Source: Acidobacteriota bacterium
Lineage (GTDB): Bacteria > Acidobacteriota > UBA6911
Assembly (NCBI GenBank): GCA_963664705.1
Contig: OY761556.1
Span: forward strand, 2,208,001-2,272,000
DNA length: 64,000 bases
Reading direction: 5' to 3'
Under the pieces are notes generated by a model. It did not search any database. It was not told where the DNA came from and saw only the letters and a program-made list of their open reading frames with translations. A program made the translations under genes and the position numbers. Within the stretch, counting starts at the first letter, position 1; each line of letters starts with the position of its first letter. Of the stretch, positions 48,897 through 57,260 are shown piece by piece.

Positions 48897-50726
48897 TTAG
48901 TTCCCTCGAACATTGAATTCCACGGTCCAACGATCCTTCCCGCTTAAAGGCAAAGCCTCCAGCGTAAGGGTCCCAATTTCCGCCAGGCTGGCCCGAAGTC
49001 GGACGGGCACAATGTCTCCCGGATTCCGATTGTCGGCCGGCAGCGTCGCCTCGATATTCTCCAGCTCCTCGAGTTCATCCGGTTTCCAGGACTCTAACGT
49101 GGTCCCCACCGGATCCGTGCGTCGCACCGAGGAACCAAAAAATCTGAACCGCACGGGCTCCCCGACTACCAGCCCGAAGGTCTGCGGCGGAAGCTCTGCC
49201 TCACTTCCCTCTTCCATCCCAAACGGCGCCACACACAAAGCCTGAATGGGCGGCTCTATACCGGGCACTGCCGGCATGGCGCTTTCGATGCCGATATAAA
49301 AAGACCTTGCAGCGCCGCCGCGAATCCGGACGCCCCTTCCACGACGAACGTGCCCGTAATAGGCGGCTCCTTTTGAAACCGCCATATCAAGATCTACTCC
49401 CCTCAGAAGTCTTGCTTCCGGACTTCCTGCTTCACGAAGCCACTTATTCAAGGTCTGCAATGTGCGCTCGGAAAGACTCTGAGCCTTGAACACGCCGCCA
49501 TTGAACAGTACGGCCGAGGGGCGCAAAAAGCCGCCGCGCCCGGCATCCGCGAACCCGGCAAGATCCTCCGCTGCATCCACCTGCCGTGTCAGAAAAGCCG
49601 CCAGATGCTTTGTAATCGCGGGCTCCTGAGCGTATGGCAAACCGACTCTCGTGAGAGCACTGCGTGATCGTGTTACGGGCAAATCGGTGATGTCGACAGA
49701 AGGAAAAAAGCCGTTGATCAGCGTCTGCTCCACTTCCTCCTTTGTCAGTTCAGTGCGCAGCGTCCGCCCAATCAATTTGGATCCGCGACTTGGGACAACA
49801 ACCGGAAACACCGCCAGATCAGGATTCGACAGCAAAGCCTCTTTTGCAGCGCGGCAGCCATGCGTTAATGCCTGCAACTGCCAGAGGTCCATGGTGCCTT
49901 TGTCGGCAAGCTTTTCTTTGAGCAGATGTGCGAGCGCCAAATCCATATTATCTCCACCCAGGAGGATGTGGTCGCCCACCGCTATCCGTCGCAATTCGAC
50001 AGCGCCGTTGCTTTCTGTAACCGCTATGAGCGAAAGATCGGTGGTACCACCACCCACATCAACCACCAGGATGATCTCGCCGACTTTCACCTGTCTTCGC
50101 CAGTCGTTCCCGCTCGACTGAATCCAGTTGTAAAACGCGGCCTGCGGCTCTTCCAGCAACACCAGATTTTCAAATCCGGACACACGGGCGGCTTCGGCCG
50201 TCAATTCCCTGGCCGCCGGATCAAAGGATGCAGGCACCGTCAGTACGACATCCTGCTGCTGAAGCGGCGCATCGGGATGATGATGGTTCCATGCCTCCCG
50301 CATATGCTCCAGGAAATGAATGGATGCCTGAAGTGGAGAAACCGGTCCGATCTCGGCAGGTGCCTCGGGAGGTAGAATCGGGCTGCGCCGGTCCACGCCA
50401 GGATGACAGAGCCAGCTCTTGGCGCTCGACACAAGTCGAATCGGCGTTGTAATCCCCCGCACGCGCGCCAACTCCCCGGCAATAAAGCGCATCGCCGCAT
50501 TCCACGGCAACGCCAGATCGGCAGATGCGAATTCATCGGAGTGAGGAAGATAAAGAAACGATGGCAGCAGCGGCCGCTCCTCAATGGCACCCGGGGCAAC
50601 CAGCTGAGGGATTGGCATCACTTCCACCTGTATCTCCTCCGGCTTTTCTGAATCAGGCCGGACAAAAGCAATGGCACAATTCGTCGTACCTAAATCCATG
50701 CCGACGGAAAATCGCCCCTGGCTCAC
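48897..50726 (-). CDS. Atypical Hsp70-family protein
   Basis: GMDLGTTN, SSAKSWL, TVPASFD, EEPQAA, DVGGGTTD, NGGVF; GTGA overlap with the upstream gene. Confidence 0.88.
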   Translation of the reverse strand: MSQGRFSVGMDLGTTNCAIAFVRPDSEKPEEIQVEVMPIPQLVAPGAIEERPLLPSFLYLPHSDEFASADLALPWNAAMRFIAGELARVRGITTPIRLVSSAKSWLCHPGVDRRSPILPPEAPAEIGPVSPLQASIHFLEHMREAWNHHHPDAPLQQQDVVLTVPASFDPAARELTAEAARVSGFENLVLLEEPQAAFYNWIQSSGNDWRRQVKVGEIILVVDVGGGTTDLSLIAVTESNGAVELRRIAVGDHILLGGDNMDLALAHLLKEKLADKGTMDLWQLQALTHGCRAAKEALLSNPDLAVFPVVVPSRGSKLIGRTLRTELTKEEVEQTLINGFFPSVDITDLPVTRSRSALTRVGLPYAQEPAITKHLAAFLTRQVDAAEDLAGFADAGRGGFLRPSAVLFNGGVFKAQSLSERTLQTLNKWLREAGSPEARLLRGVDLDMAVSKGAAYYGHVRRGRGVRIRGGAARSFYIGIESAMPAVPGIEPPIQALCVAPFGMEEGSEAELPPQTFGLVVGEPVRFRFFGSSVRRTDPVGTTLESWKPDELEELENIEATLPADNRNPGDIVPVRLRASLAEIGTLTLEALPLSGKDRWTVEFNVRGN

Positions 50727-51265
50727 AATTCCACCTCTGCTGAAGCCAGAACGCGAACATCGTGTCCGGATGCGATCTTCGGCAGCGTGACGTTGTTTAC
50801 TCGCCAGCCACGATGGATGAGGTTGCCTGTATAGGGAGGCTTTCCGATGACATTCCCGGTCAGGCGCAGGGAGGACGCGTCAAAACCCTCCGGCAAGGTA
50901 ACGCGGCTTCCTTCTGGTTCATTCCGTATTGGAACTATCTTGAAATGATCGCGTACGGCCTTTCGACAACCCTGATGGACCACGCGCGCGGCGGCTCCGA
51001 TATCGGAATCTGAAACACCGGTGATGTCTTCCTCCAGGAAATCCACAAAGCGCCCCTCTTGCTGCAACAGTCCCAATAATTGAACTGCCGCATCCGGCAG
51101 AGCCTCCTTGAATGCAGCTTGCGGGGTCGATGGCTGGGTTCGCGGCTCCGGTTCCGGTGAAATCGACCGTTTCATCTGTGATGCAAAACCCGCATCGCCC
51201 AAAATTTTAAAGAACAGCTTCAATGCCAGCGACAATCGTTCAAAAAATGACGGATCGTTATTCAC
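50723..51265 (-). CDS. DUF2760-like protein
   Basis: QLLGLLQQEGRFVDFL.ED, IGAAARVVH.GC, LTGNV.G.PP, HRGW, AEVEL; GTG after AGGAG. Confidence 0.85.
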   Translation of the reverse strand: MNNDPSFFERLSLALKLFFKILGDAGFASQMKRSISPEPEPRTQPSTPQAAFKEALPDAAVQLLGLLQQEGRFVDFLEEDITGVSDSDIGAAARVVHQGCRKAVRDHFKIVPIRNEPEGSRVTLPEGFDASSLRLTGNVIGKPPYTGNLIHRGWRVNNVTLPKIASGHDVRVLASAEVEL

Positions 51266-51358
51266 GGCTACTCCTTTAAAAGAACAGCTCCCGGTTTTCG
51301 GTTTCCGGTTCATATGCCGGAATTGGACCAAAAGCCGGGAACTTCAAGACAGCAGGCT

Positions 51359-52330
51359 CTACCAGGCGTAGGCTTCCGGTGCTTCCCCTCCGGGGCCCGG
51401 CCAGATCTCATCCAGTTTCCTCAGAACCTCCGGGGATAGTTTCAGCTCCAGAGCCCGGGTTGCACCGGACAATTGCTCCATGGTGCGAGGCCCAATAATG
51501 GGTGAGGTTACCGCCGGGTTCTGAAGCAGCCAGGCAAGGGCAACATCTCCAGGCTGCGCACCGATCTCCGCGCACAGTGGTTCATATTTTTCCAGCTTGC
51601 TCCGGTGCTTCTCGATCAGCTTCCCGGTTCTTTCCTCGCTTCGACGCCCCTCTTTGGCTTTCTGCAGGGCGCCGCTCAGCAGGCCTCCTTCCAATGGGCT
51701 CCATGGAATCAAACCCAGCCCGTATTCCCTGCATGCGGGAATGACTTCGAGCTCAATGCTCCGGGTTGCGAGGTTATAAAGGCTCTGTTCGGAAACCAGC
51801 CCCAGAAACGAGCGCTTCTGCGCTTCGCTCTGCGCCCGCGCAATATGCCATCCAGCAAAATTGCTGCTACCCACGTACAGAACTTTTCCCTCGCGAACCA
51901 ATTGCTCCATGGCCTGCCAAATCTCCTCCCATGGAGTACTCCGGTCGATATGGTGCATCTGGTAAAGATCGATGACATCCGTTTGCATCCGCCGCAGGCT
52001 TCCCTCGCAGGCTCTGCGAATATGGTATGCCGAGAGACGGCGATCGTTCGGCCCGCTTCCCATTTCATTGTAAACTTTGGTCGCGAGAACAATTTTCTCC
52101 CGTCGCCCTCCGCCTTGAGCCAGCCATCGGCCGATGATCTGCTCGGTTATCCCTTCCCCTACCTTCCAGCCATAAACATTTGCGGTATCGAAAAAATTGA
52201 CACCCAGTTCCAACGCCTTGTCCATGAGGGCAAAGCTGTCCTGCTCTGATGTGTGCCAGCCAAAGTTCATTGTGCCAAGGCACAAAGGACTAACCTTCAA
52301 CCCTGTCCTGCCCAAGTTTCTGTATTCCAA
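51359..52330 (-). CDS. Aldo/keto reductase
   Basis: YRNLGRTGLKVS.LCLGTM, FDTANVYG, LATKV, IDLYQMH, WSPL.GGLL; TTG after GGAGG. Confidence 0.93.
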   Translation of the reverse strand: MEYRNLGRTGLKVSPLCLGTMNFGWHTSEQDSFALMDKALELGVNFFDTANVYGWKVGEGITEQIIGRWLAQGGGRREKIVLATKVYNEMGSGPNDRRLSAYHIRRACEGSLRRMQTDVIDLYQMHHIDRSTPWEEIWQAMEQLVREGKVLYVGSSNFAGWHIARAQSEAQKRSFLGLVSEQSLYNLATRSIELEVIPACREYGLGLIPWSPLEGGLLSGALQKAKEGRRSEERTGKLIEKHRSKLEKYEPLCAEIGAQPGDVALAWLLQNPAVTSPIIGPRTMEQLSGATRALELKLSPEVLRKLDEIWPGPGGEAPEAYAW

Positions 52331-52522
52331 GATCCACCTCCTGGACGGTTGCTGATTTCCAATCCTCGACGCCAATGCCGCTAAAATGAAATCATGAATG
52401 GTACCAGACTCCAAGCCTCAATTTTGGCATCTGCGCGCAGCAATTTATTCTAATACCGGATACGAATGCACAACTGCTATACTCGTCCCGCTCCAATCAA
52501 TCTGTAATCTGGAAGGGCGACT

Positions 52523-53071
52523 ATGCGCATACACTTTTTTGCCATCCGCATTCTGGCCGCATTTGCAGTTATTGGAATTTTTTCAAGCCTTCCGCAGCAC
52601 TCCCGGGCGCAAAACCAACCAATTCAGAGCCAGGAATCCAGGATTCGCACCCTTGAAGATCGGGAGGGAATCAGACAACTCCTGTTGAACTATGGACAAA
52701 CGCTGGATCGCAGGGATTTCGTGGCCTTCGCCGCCCTTTTTACCGAAGATGCCGAATATGTGGGCGGCGCGGCCAGTATTGTCAAAGGCCCGGCTGCCAT
52801 TGCAAAAATTCTTGAGGATACATTTAAAAAGAACCCAACGGGAGTGCGATCCCCGAATTTTCATTTGTTTGCCAACGAGATCATTCAGGTGCATGGGAAC
52901 GAAGCCAGGGCCGCGAGCAAAGGGCTTTTTGTGGTACCGAACGCGGCCAATGCTCCCCAGATTGAGATGATGGCATCCTATGAAGATCTCCTGGTGCGCA
53001 GCGGATCGGGTTGGAAATTCAAAAGGCGCATCGTACACGCGGAGATCCCCTATTTCCCGGCAAAGAAATAA
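52523..53071 (+). CDS. Exported SnoaL-like/NTF2-family protein
   Basis: Signal peptide; LEDRE.IRQLL..Y...LD..D...FA.LFTEDA; Y.D...R...GWKF..R. Confidence 0.8.
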   Translation: MRIHFFAIRILAAFAVIGIFSSLPQHSRAQNQPIQSQESRIRTLEDREGIRQLLLNYGQTLDRRDFVAFAALFTEDAEYVGGAASIVKGPAAIAKILEDTFKKNPTGVRSPNFHLFANEIIQVHGNEARAASKGLFVVPNAANAPQIEMMASYEDLLVRSGSGWKFKRRIVHAEIPYFPAKK

Positions 53072-53092
53072 CTCAATTCGGATTGTTCGGCA

Positions 53093-53494
53093 ATGTCAAA
53101 GCAGGGTGCCTACATTCTTTTTCTCAAGCTTCACAAAACAGCCATTATCACTGCCGGCGCACTCGGAACATGCCGGCTTGCCGCCGGATTTTATCTTTAC
53201 GTGGGAAGCGCCAACAGAGGAATCGCGCCGCGCATTGCCAGGCACCGGCGCCTTGCCGAATCAAAAACAGGAAAGATGCACTGGCATATTGACTTCCTTC
53301 TCACGCATCCGAATGTGAGGTTGGTTCGCACGAAGGAACTGGAGGGACGCAATGAATGCGCTATATCGCGCAAAATTGCATCCCTGAAAGGTATCAAAGT
53401 TCCTATTCCTAAGTTCGGCTCTACCGACTGCCGGGCGGGCTGCGCTGCGCACCTCTACCGCATGCAGTCGTTGAACATGATTTTGCCTGAATGA
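53093..53494 (+). CDS. GIY-YIG (DUF123/Uri-like) nuclease-family protein
   Basis: GAYIL, G.YLYVGSA, RI.RH, HWHIDFL, FGSTDC..GC..HL. Confidence 0.82.
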   Translation: MSKQGAYILFLKLHKTAIITAGALGTCRLAAGFYLYVGSANRGIAPRIARHRRLAESKTGKMHWHIDFLLTHPNVRLVRTKELEGRNECAISRKIASLKGIKVPIPKFGSTDCRAGCAAHLYRMQSLNMILPE

Positions 53495-53621
53495 TCCAGA
53501 GGGAACGTGGATCCTCGCTGAATTCACCGGGTCATCAGGATCGTTAAACGCATGAGATGGCTTGAAAGACTGGCACCTGTGCATAAATAGCGGGCGTATT
53601 CATTCATCGGGAGAATTCATC

Positions 53622-54857
53622 ATGGACAAAGCTACTGAGCAGCTATACCGGGAGCGTGAAAAGAGGTTTATCGATGCGGTCGAACTCAGAGTCCCGGACA
53701 GAGTTCCGAGTTCCATACATCTGAGCTATTTCCCGGCAAAATTTACCGGCATCAAATTTCGCGATGCTTACTATGATTTTCCGAAGTGGAAGGAGGCTTA
53801 TGTAAAAACGGCGCTCTGGCTCCAGCCGGATCGCTGTGAATATTTCCCAAACAGCTGCGGCAACGCCATGGCCGCCCTCGATCAAAAAACGATGGTTTGG
53901 CCCGGCCATGGAGTCGGGGATAACTCGTCGCATCAGTTTGTCGAAGGCGAGTACATGAAGGCAGAGGAATACGATCACTATTTGAATGATCAGGGAGACT
54001 TCAACATCCGGTGCATGCTGCCCCGCACCTTCGGCTTTCTGAAGCCGTTGGCTCAACTGCCACCGCTCCACAGCATGGGCAATTTCCTGCCCTTCGATCT
54101 GCTCGCATCGCCCGAATTTGCCGACATGCTGCAGAAGTTGAGCGGCATCGCCCAGGAAGCCGTGGAATGGCAGAAGCAGGCATTCGGTATGTGGACCGCG
54201 CTGAATGAGGCGGGTTTTCCAGGAAAGCCTGTCGGCATCGGCGGCGGTGTCCCTTATGACATGATCTCCGATTTCCTGCGTGGAATGCGCGGAGCCATGC
54301 TGGATATGTATCGATGCCCGGATAAGCTGATGGCCGCCATTGAGAAAAATATGGCGCAAACGGTAGCGCGCATCGCGATGGGCCCCAAAGCCACAGGATT
54401 TACCACAGCATTCATCGCACTGCACCGCGGCGCAGATGGGTTCATGTCGCTGAAACAATTCGAACAGTTCTACTGGCCCTACCTGGTTAAGCTTGTCAAT
54501 GCACTGGTGGAGGCGGGATATACGCCGGAAATATTCTTTGAAGGCGACTATACGAAGCGCCTGGAATACCTGACCCAATTGCCCAGGGGCAAATGTATTG
54601 GACGTTTTGATCGCTCCGACATGGCCAGAGTCAAGGAAATCCTTGGCGGCCACATGTGCATCCAGGGCAACATGCCCTCCTCCCTGCTTCAGACCGGGAC
54701 GAAGGAGGATGTAATTCAGTACTGCAAATGGCTCATCGATGTGGTGGGGAAAGACGGCGGCTATATCATGGGTACGGGATCGGTTGTAGACGAAGTAAAG
54801 CCCGAGAATCTGAAGGCTATGATCGACTTCACGCGTGAATATGGAGTGTATCGGTAA
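53622..54857 (+). CDS. Uroporphyrinogen decarboxylase/methylcobamide methyltransferase-family protein
   Basis: PDRVP, M.AEEYD, P.D..SD.LRG, FMS..QFE.FYWP, CIQGN.P, GGYI, PEN..AM. Confidence 0.85.
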   Translation: MDKATEQLYREREKRFIDAVELRVPDRVPSSIHLSYFPAKFTGIKFRDAYYDFPKWKEAYVKTALWLQPDRCEYFPNSCGNAMAALDQKTMVWPGHGVGDNSSHQFVEGEYMKAEEYDHYLNDQGDFNIRCMLPRTFGFLKPLAQLPPLHSMGNFLPFDLLASPEFADMLQKLSGIAQEAVEWQKQAFGMWTALNEAGFPGKPVGIGGGVPYDMISDFLRGMRGAMLDMYRCPDKLMAAIEKNMAQTVARIAMGPKATGFTTAFIALHRGADGFMSLKQFEQFYWPYLVKLVNALVEAGYTPEIFFEGDYTKRLEYLTQLPRGKCIGRFDRSDMARVKEILGGHMCIQGNMPSSLLQTGTKEDVIQYCKWLIDVVGKDGGYIMGTGSVVDEVKPENLKAMIDFTREYGVYR

Positions 54858-54866
54858 AGCGCAAAC

Positions 54867-54895
54867 GCTCCCCTGTTTTGAGTAAATAGGGGAGC
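54867..54895. terminator. Hairpin between convergent genes
   Basis: GCTCCCCTGTTT...AAATAGGGGAGC. Confidence 0.65.
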
Positions 54896-54905
54896 AGCCC
54901 CGCTT

Positions 54906-56132
54906 TTAAAAGTGTGTCTGCTGAATCAAGGTCAGAGCGTCGGCTCGCGGTGCATTCCGCTCATTGTCCCAATAAGGCGAAAGCTTTCGCAAGTTAGCCA
55001 CGATCTGTGGAAAAACCTCGAGCACCTTGTCGACATCCGCATCCGTATTGTATCGGCTGAGGCTGAAGCGGACGGACCCGTGAATCGCGGTAAATGGAAC
55101 TTTCATTGCCCGCAGCACGTGAGATGGTTCCAGCGAACCTGACGTGCAGGCTGATCCGCTGGATGCACAGATACCATATCCGCTTAGCTGAAACAGCATT
55201 CCCTCGCCTTCGATGTAATGGAACGAGATGTTCAGGGTATTCGGCAGTCTGTCGGCACCTTTGCCATTCACCTGAACTGATGGAATTTTCTCAACGAGCG
55301 ATTTCTCCAGCCGGTCGCGCAGCCTCTCAATTTCCGTTTCGTCCTTCACGCGATTTTCCATCGAGAGTTCCAGCGCTCTGGCAATCCCGATGATGTAGGG
55401 AACATTTTCGGTTCCGGCCCGCCGGCCATCTTCCTGGTGTCCGCCGAGCATGTATGGACGGCAGCGTGTGCCGCGCCGGATGAAGAGCACGCCCACACCC
55501 TTCGGCGCATGCAGCTTGTGTCCGGAAAACGACAACAGATCCACATAAGGCAGCCCCAAAGCAAGGTCGATGGGAAGCTTGCCGACTGTCTGAGTGGCAT
55601 CCGTGTGAAAAATAATCGCCGAATCCGTCTGCTTGGTAATGCGTGACAGTTGATCAATCGGAAAAATCACGCCGGTTTCATTATTGGCATGCATGATGGA
55701 GACGAGAAGGGTTTCCGGAGTCAGCGCCCGGATAAATTCCTTTACATCCAGTTTCCCATCACGATCAACACTGAGGTAGGTAATCTTGTAGCCATTCCGC
55801 TCCAGTTCCCGGCAGACTTCCAAAACCGCAGGATGCTCGACGGAGGTCGTGATGATGTGCCGACGGTTCGGATTGGCGTGAGCGGCGCCCAGAATTGCCG
55901 TGTTATTGCTTTCCGTGGCGCAGCCGGTAAACAGGATTTCTTTCGGATCGACGTGTCCGAGGCAGTCGGCGATTTTCTTGCGGGCAGCGGTCAAAGCCTG
56001 GCCCGTCTGCCGCGCCGGCTCATACATTGAGCTCGGGTTGAAATAATACTCGGTAAAATAGGGCACCATCGCTTCCACTACTTCCGGCGCCACCTGGGTC
56101 GTCGCGTTGTTATCGAGATATGTTATTTTCAT
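54906..56132 (-). CDS. nifS: Cysteine desulfurase (NifS/IscS type)
   Basis: YLDNNATT, EHPAV, ANNETG, HTDATQ, SGHKLHAPKG, SSGSACTSGSLEPSHVL. Confidence 0.93.
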   Translation of the reverse strand: MKITYLDNNATTQVAPEVVEAMVPYFTEYYFNPSSMYEPARQTGQALTAARKKIADCLGHVDPKEILFTGCATESNNTAILGAAHANPNRRHIITTSVEHPAVLEVCRELERNGYKITYLSVDRDGKLDVKEFIRALTPETLLVSIMHANNETGVIFPIDQLSRITKQTDSAIIFHTDATQTVGKLPIDLALGLPYVDLLSFSGHKLHAPKGVGVLFIRRGTRCRPYMLGGHQEDGRRAGTENVPYIIGIARALELSMENRVKDETEIERLRDRLEKSLVEKIPSVQVNGKGADRLPNTLNISFHYIEGEGMLFQLSGYGICASSGSACTSGSLEPSHVLRAMKVPFTAIHGSVRFSLSRYNTDADVDKVLEVFPQIVANLRKLSPYWDNERNAPRADALTLIQQTHF

Positions 56133-56140
56133 AGCGTGTT

Positions 56141-57094
56141 TTACACCTCGATGACACGAATCCGCTCATCAACCTGATCTTTAAGGTTTCGCTCTATCAT
56201 CATCTTGAGAGTCTGGCTTGCACCCGCGCAGTTGGAACAGGCTCCACGCAGACTGCAGTAAACCAGCGTTCCCTTGATGTCCATGATCTCTACATCGCCG
56301 CCGTCCGCTCTCAAAGCGGGACGAATGTATTCGGCAATCACCCTCTCAACCTTTTTCGCAAACTGATACGGAGAGAACTCCGGCGAAACAGGTTCTGCCT
56401 GCAACACCGGAAGCTGCACCGGGCTGGAGACTGCCGCAGCCTGGCCTTCCCATACCTGATCCAAAAGATCCTGTAGACCTCCGGGCACATGATGACACGA
56501 GGCACATCCGCCGCCGGCCTTGATGGCATTCGTAATCTGCGGAATGGTTCTCAGATTCAGTTCGCGAATCTTGCGTTTGATATAGGGCTCAGTAAGGGAA
56601 AAGCATTTGCACACCATCCGCCCCTCATCAGTCTCCTCATCGTGCATATCGATTCCGAGCTTTTTGAGATCGACGCCACGACGCTGCGCCCAGTTGTATA
56701 CGGCCGCCTCAAGAGCCTCCGCGCCCATGACCGAACAATGTATCTTCTGTTCGGGCAGTCCATCGAGATAGTCAACGATGTCCTTGTTCTGGATCTGGAG
56801 GGCGGTCAGGGGCGTATAGCTTCCCTTTTCGATGATCTCGCAAAGCGCTTCCGAGGAGGCTATCGCCGACGTGCATCCAAAGGTCAGATATTTAGCCTCC
56901 GAAATGACGTCCTGCGTCGGATCAGAGGGGTGTCGTATGACGCGGAAAGTGAAACGCATGGCGTCTCCACAGGCAATAGACCCGTGCTCTCCCATGCCAT
57001 CCGGATTCTCGATCTCGCCCAGATGCGTTCCCGGTTTTCCATGAACCGCATCCATGAACAACTGTTTCGTTTTTTCGCTGTATTCCCAACCCAT
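56141..57094 (-). CDS. nifU: Three-domain NifU Fe-S scaffold (IscU, BFD-like 2Fe-2S, Nfu)
   Basis: CGD, TFGC.SAIAS, KIHCS; CKCF...AGGGC.SC; IRP.L.ADGGD...GAC..C. Confidence 0.92.
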   Translation of the reverse strand: MGWEYSEKTKQLFMDAVHGKPGTHLGEIENPDGMGEHGSIACGDAMRFTFRVIRHPSDPTQDVISEAKYLTFGCTSAIASSEALCEIIEKGSYTPLTALQIQNKDIVDYLDGLPEQKIHCSVMGAEALEAAVYNWAQRRGVDLKKLGIDMHDEETDEGRMVCKCFSLTEPYIKRKIRELNLRTIPQITNAIKAGGGCASCHHVPGGLQDLLDQVWEGQAAAVSSPVQLPVLQAEPVSPEFSPYQFAKKVERVIAEYIRPALRADGGDVEIMDIKGTLVYCSLRGACSNCAGASQTLKMMIERNLKDQVDERIRVIEV

Positions 57095-57229
57095 GTCGCG
57101 ACTCCCTCAAATAAACGAATAGTGAAGAGATACTATACTCCTACTTGCCGACATGGGCAAATACAGGATGCAAATTAGGTTACGGGTTCCAGGCGGGATT
57201 CCCGGCTTATCCCGCAACCCTATTGGGAA

Positions 57230-57257
57230 TATTGAATCTGAAATCTTGAATCTGCAG
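57230..57257. repeat. Heptamer tandem repeat (TCTGAAA-like x4)
   Basis: TATTGAA TCTGAAA TCTTGAA TCTGCAG just past the RND gene stop. Confidence 0.5.
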
Positions 57258-57260
57258 CTG

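Noticed and set aside
53093-53494. GIY-YIG gene as a homing endonuclease or mobile element
   Set aside because: Short DUF123-type protein with no intron, intein or flanking repeats; usually a stand-alone gene.
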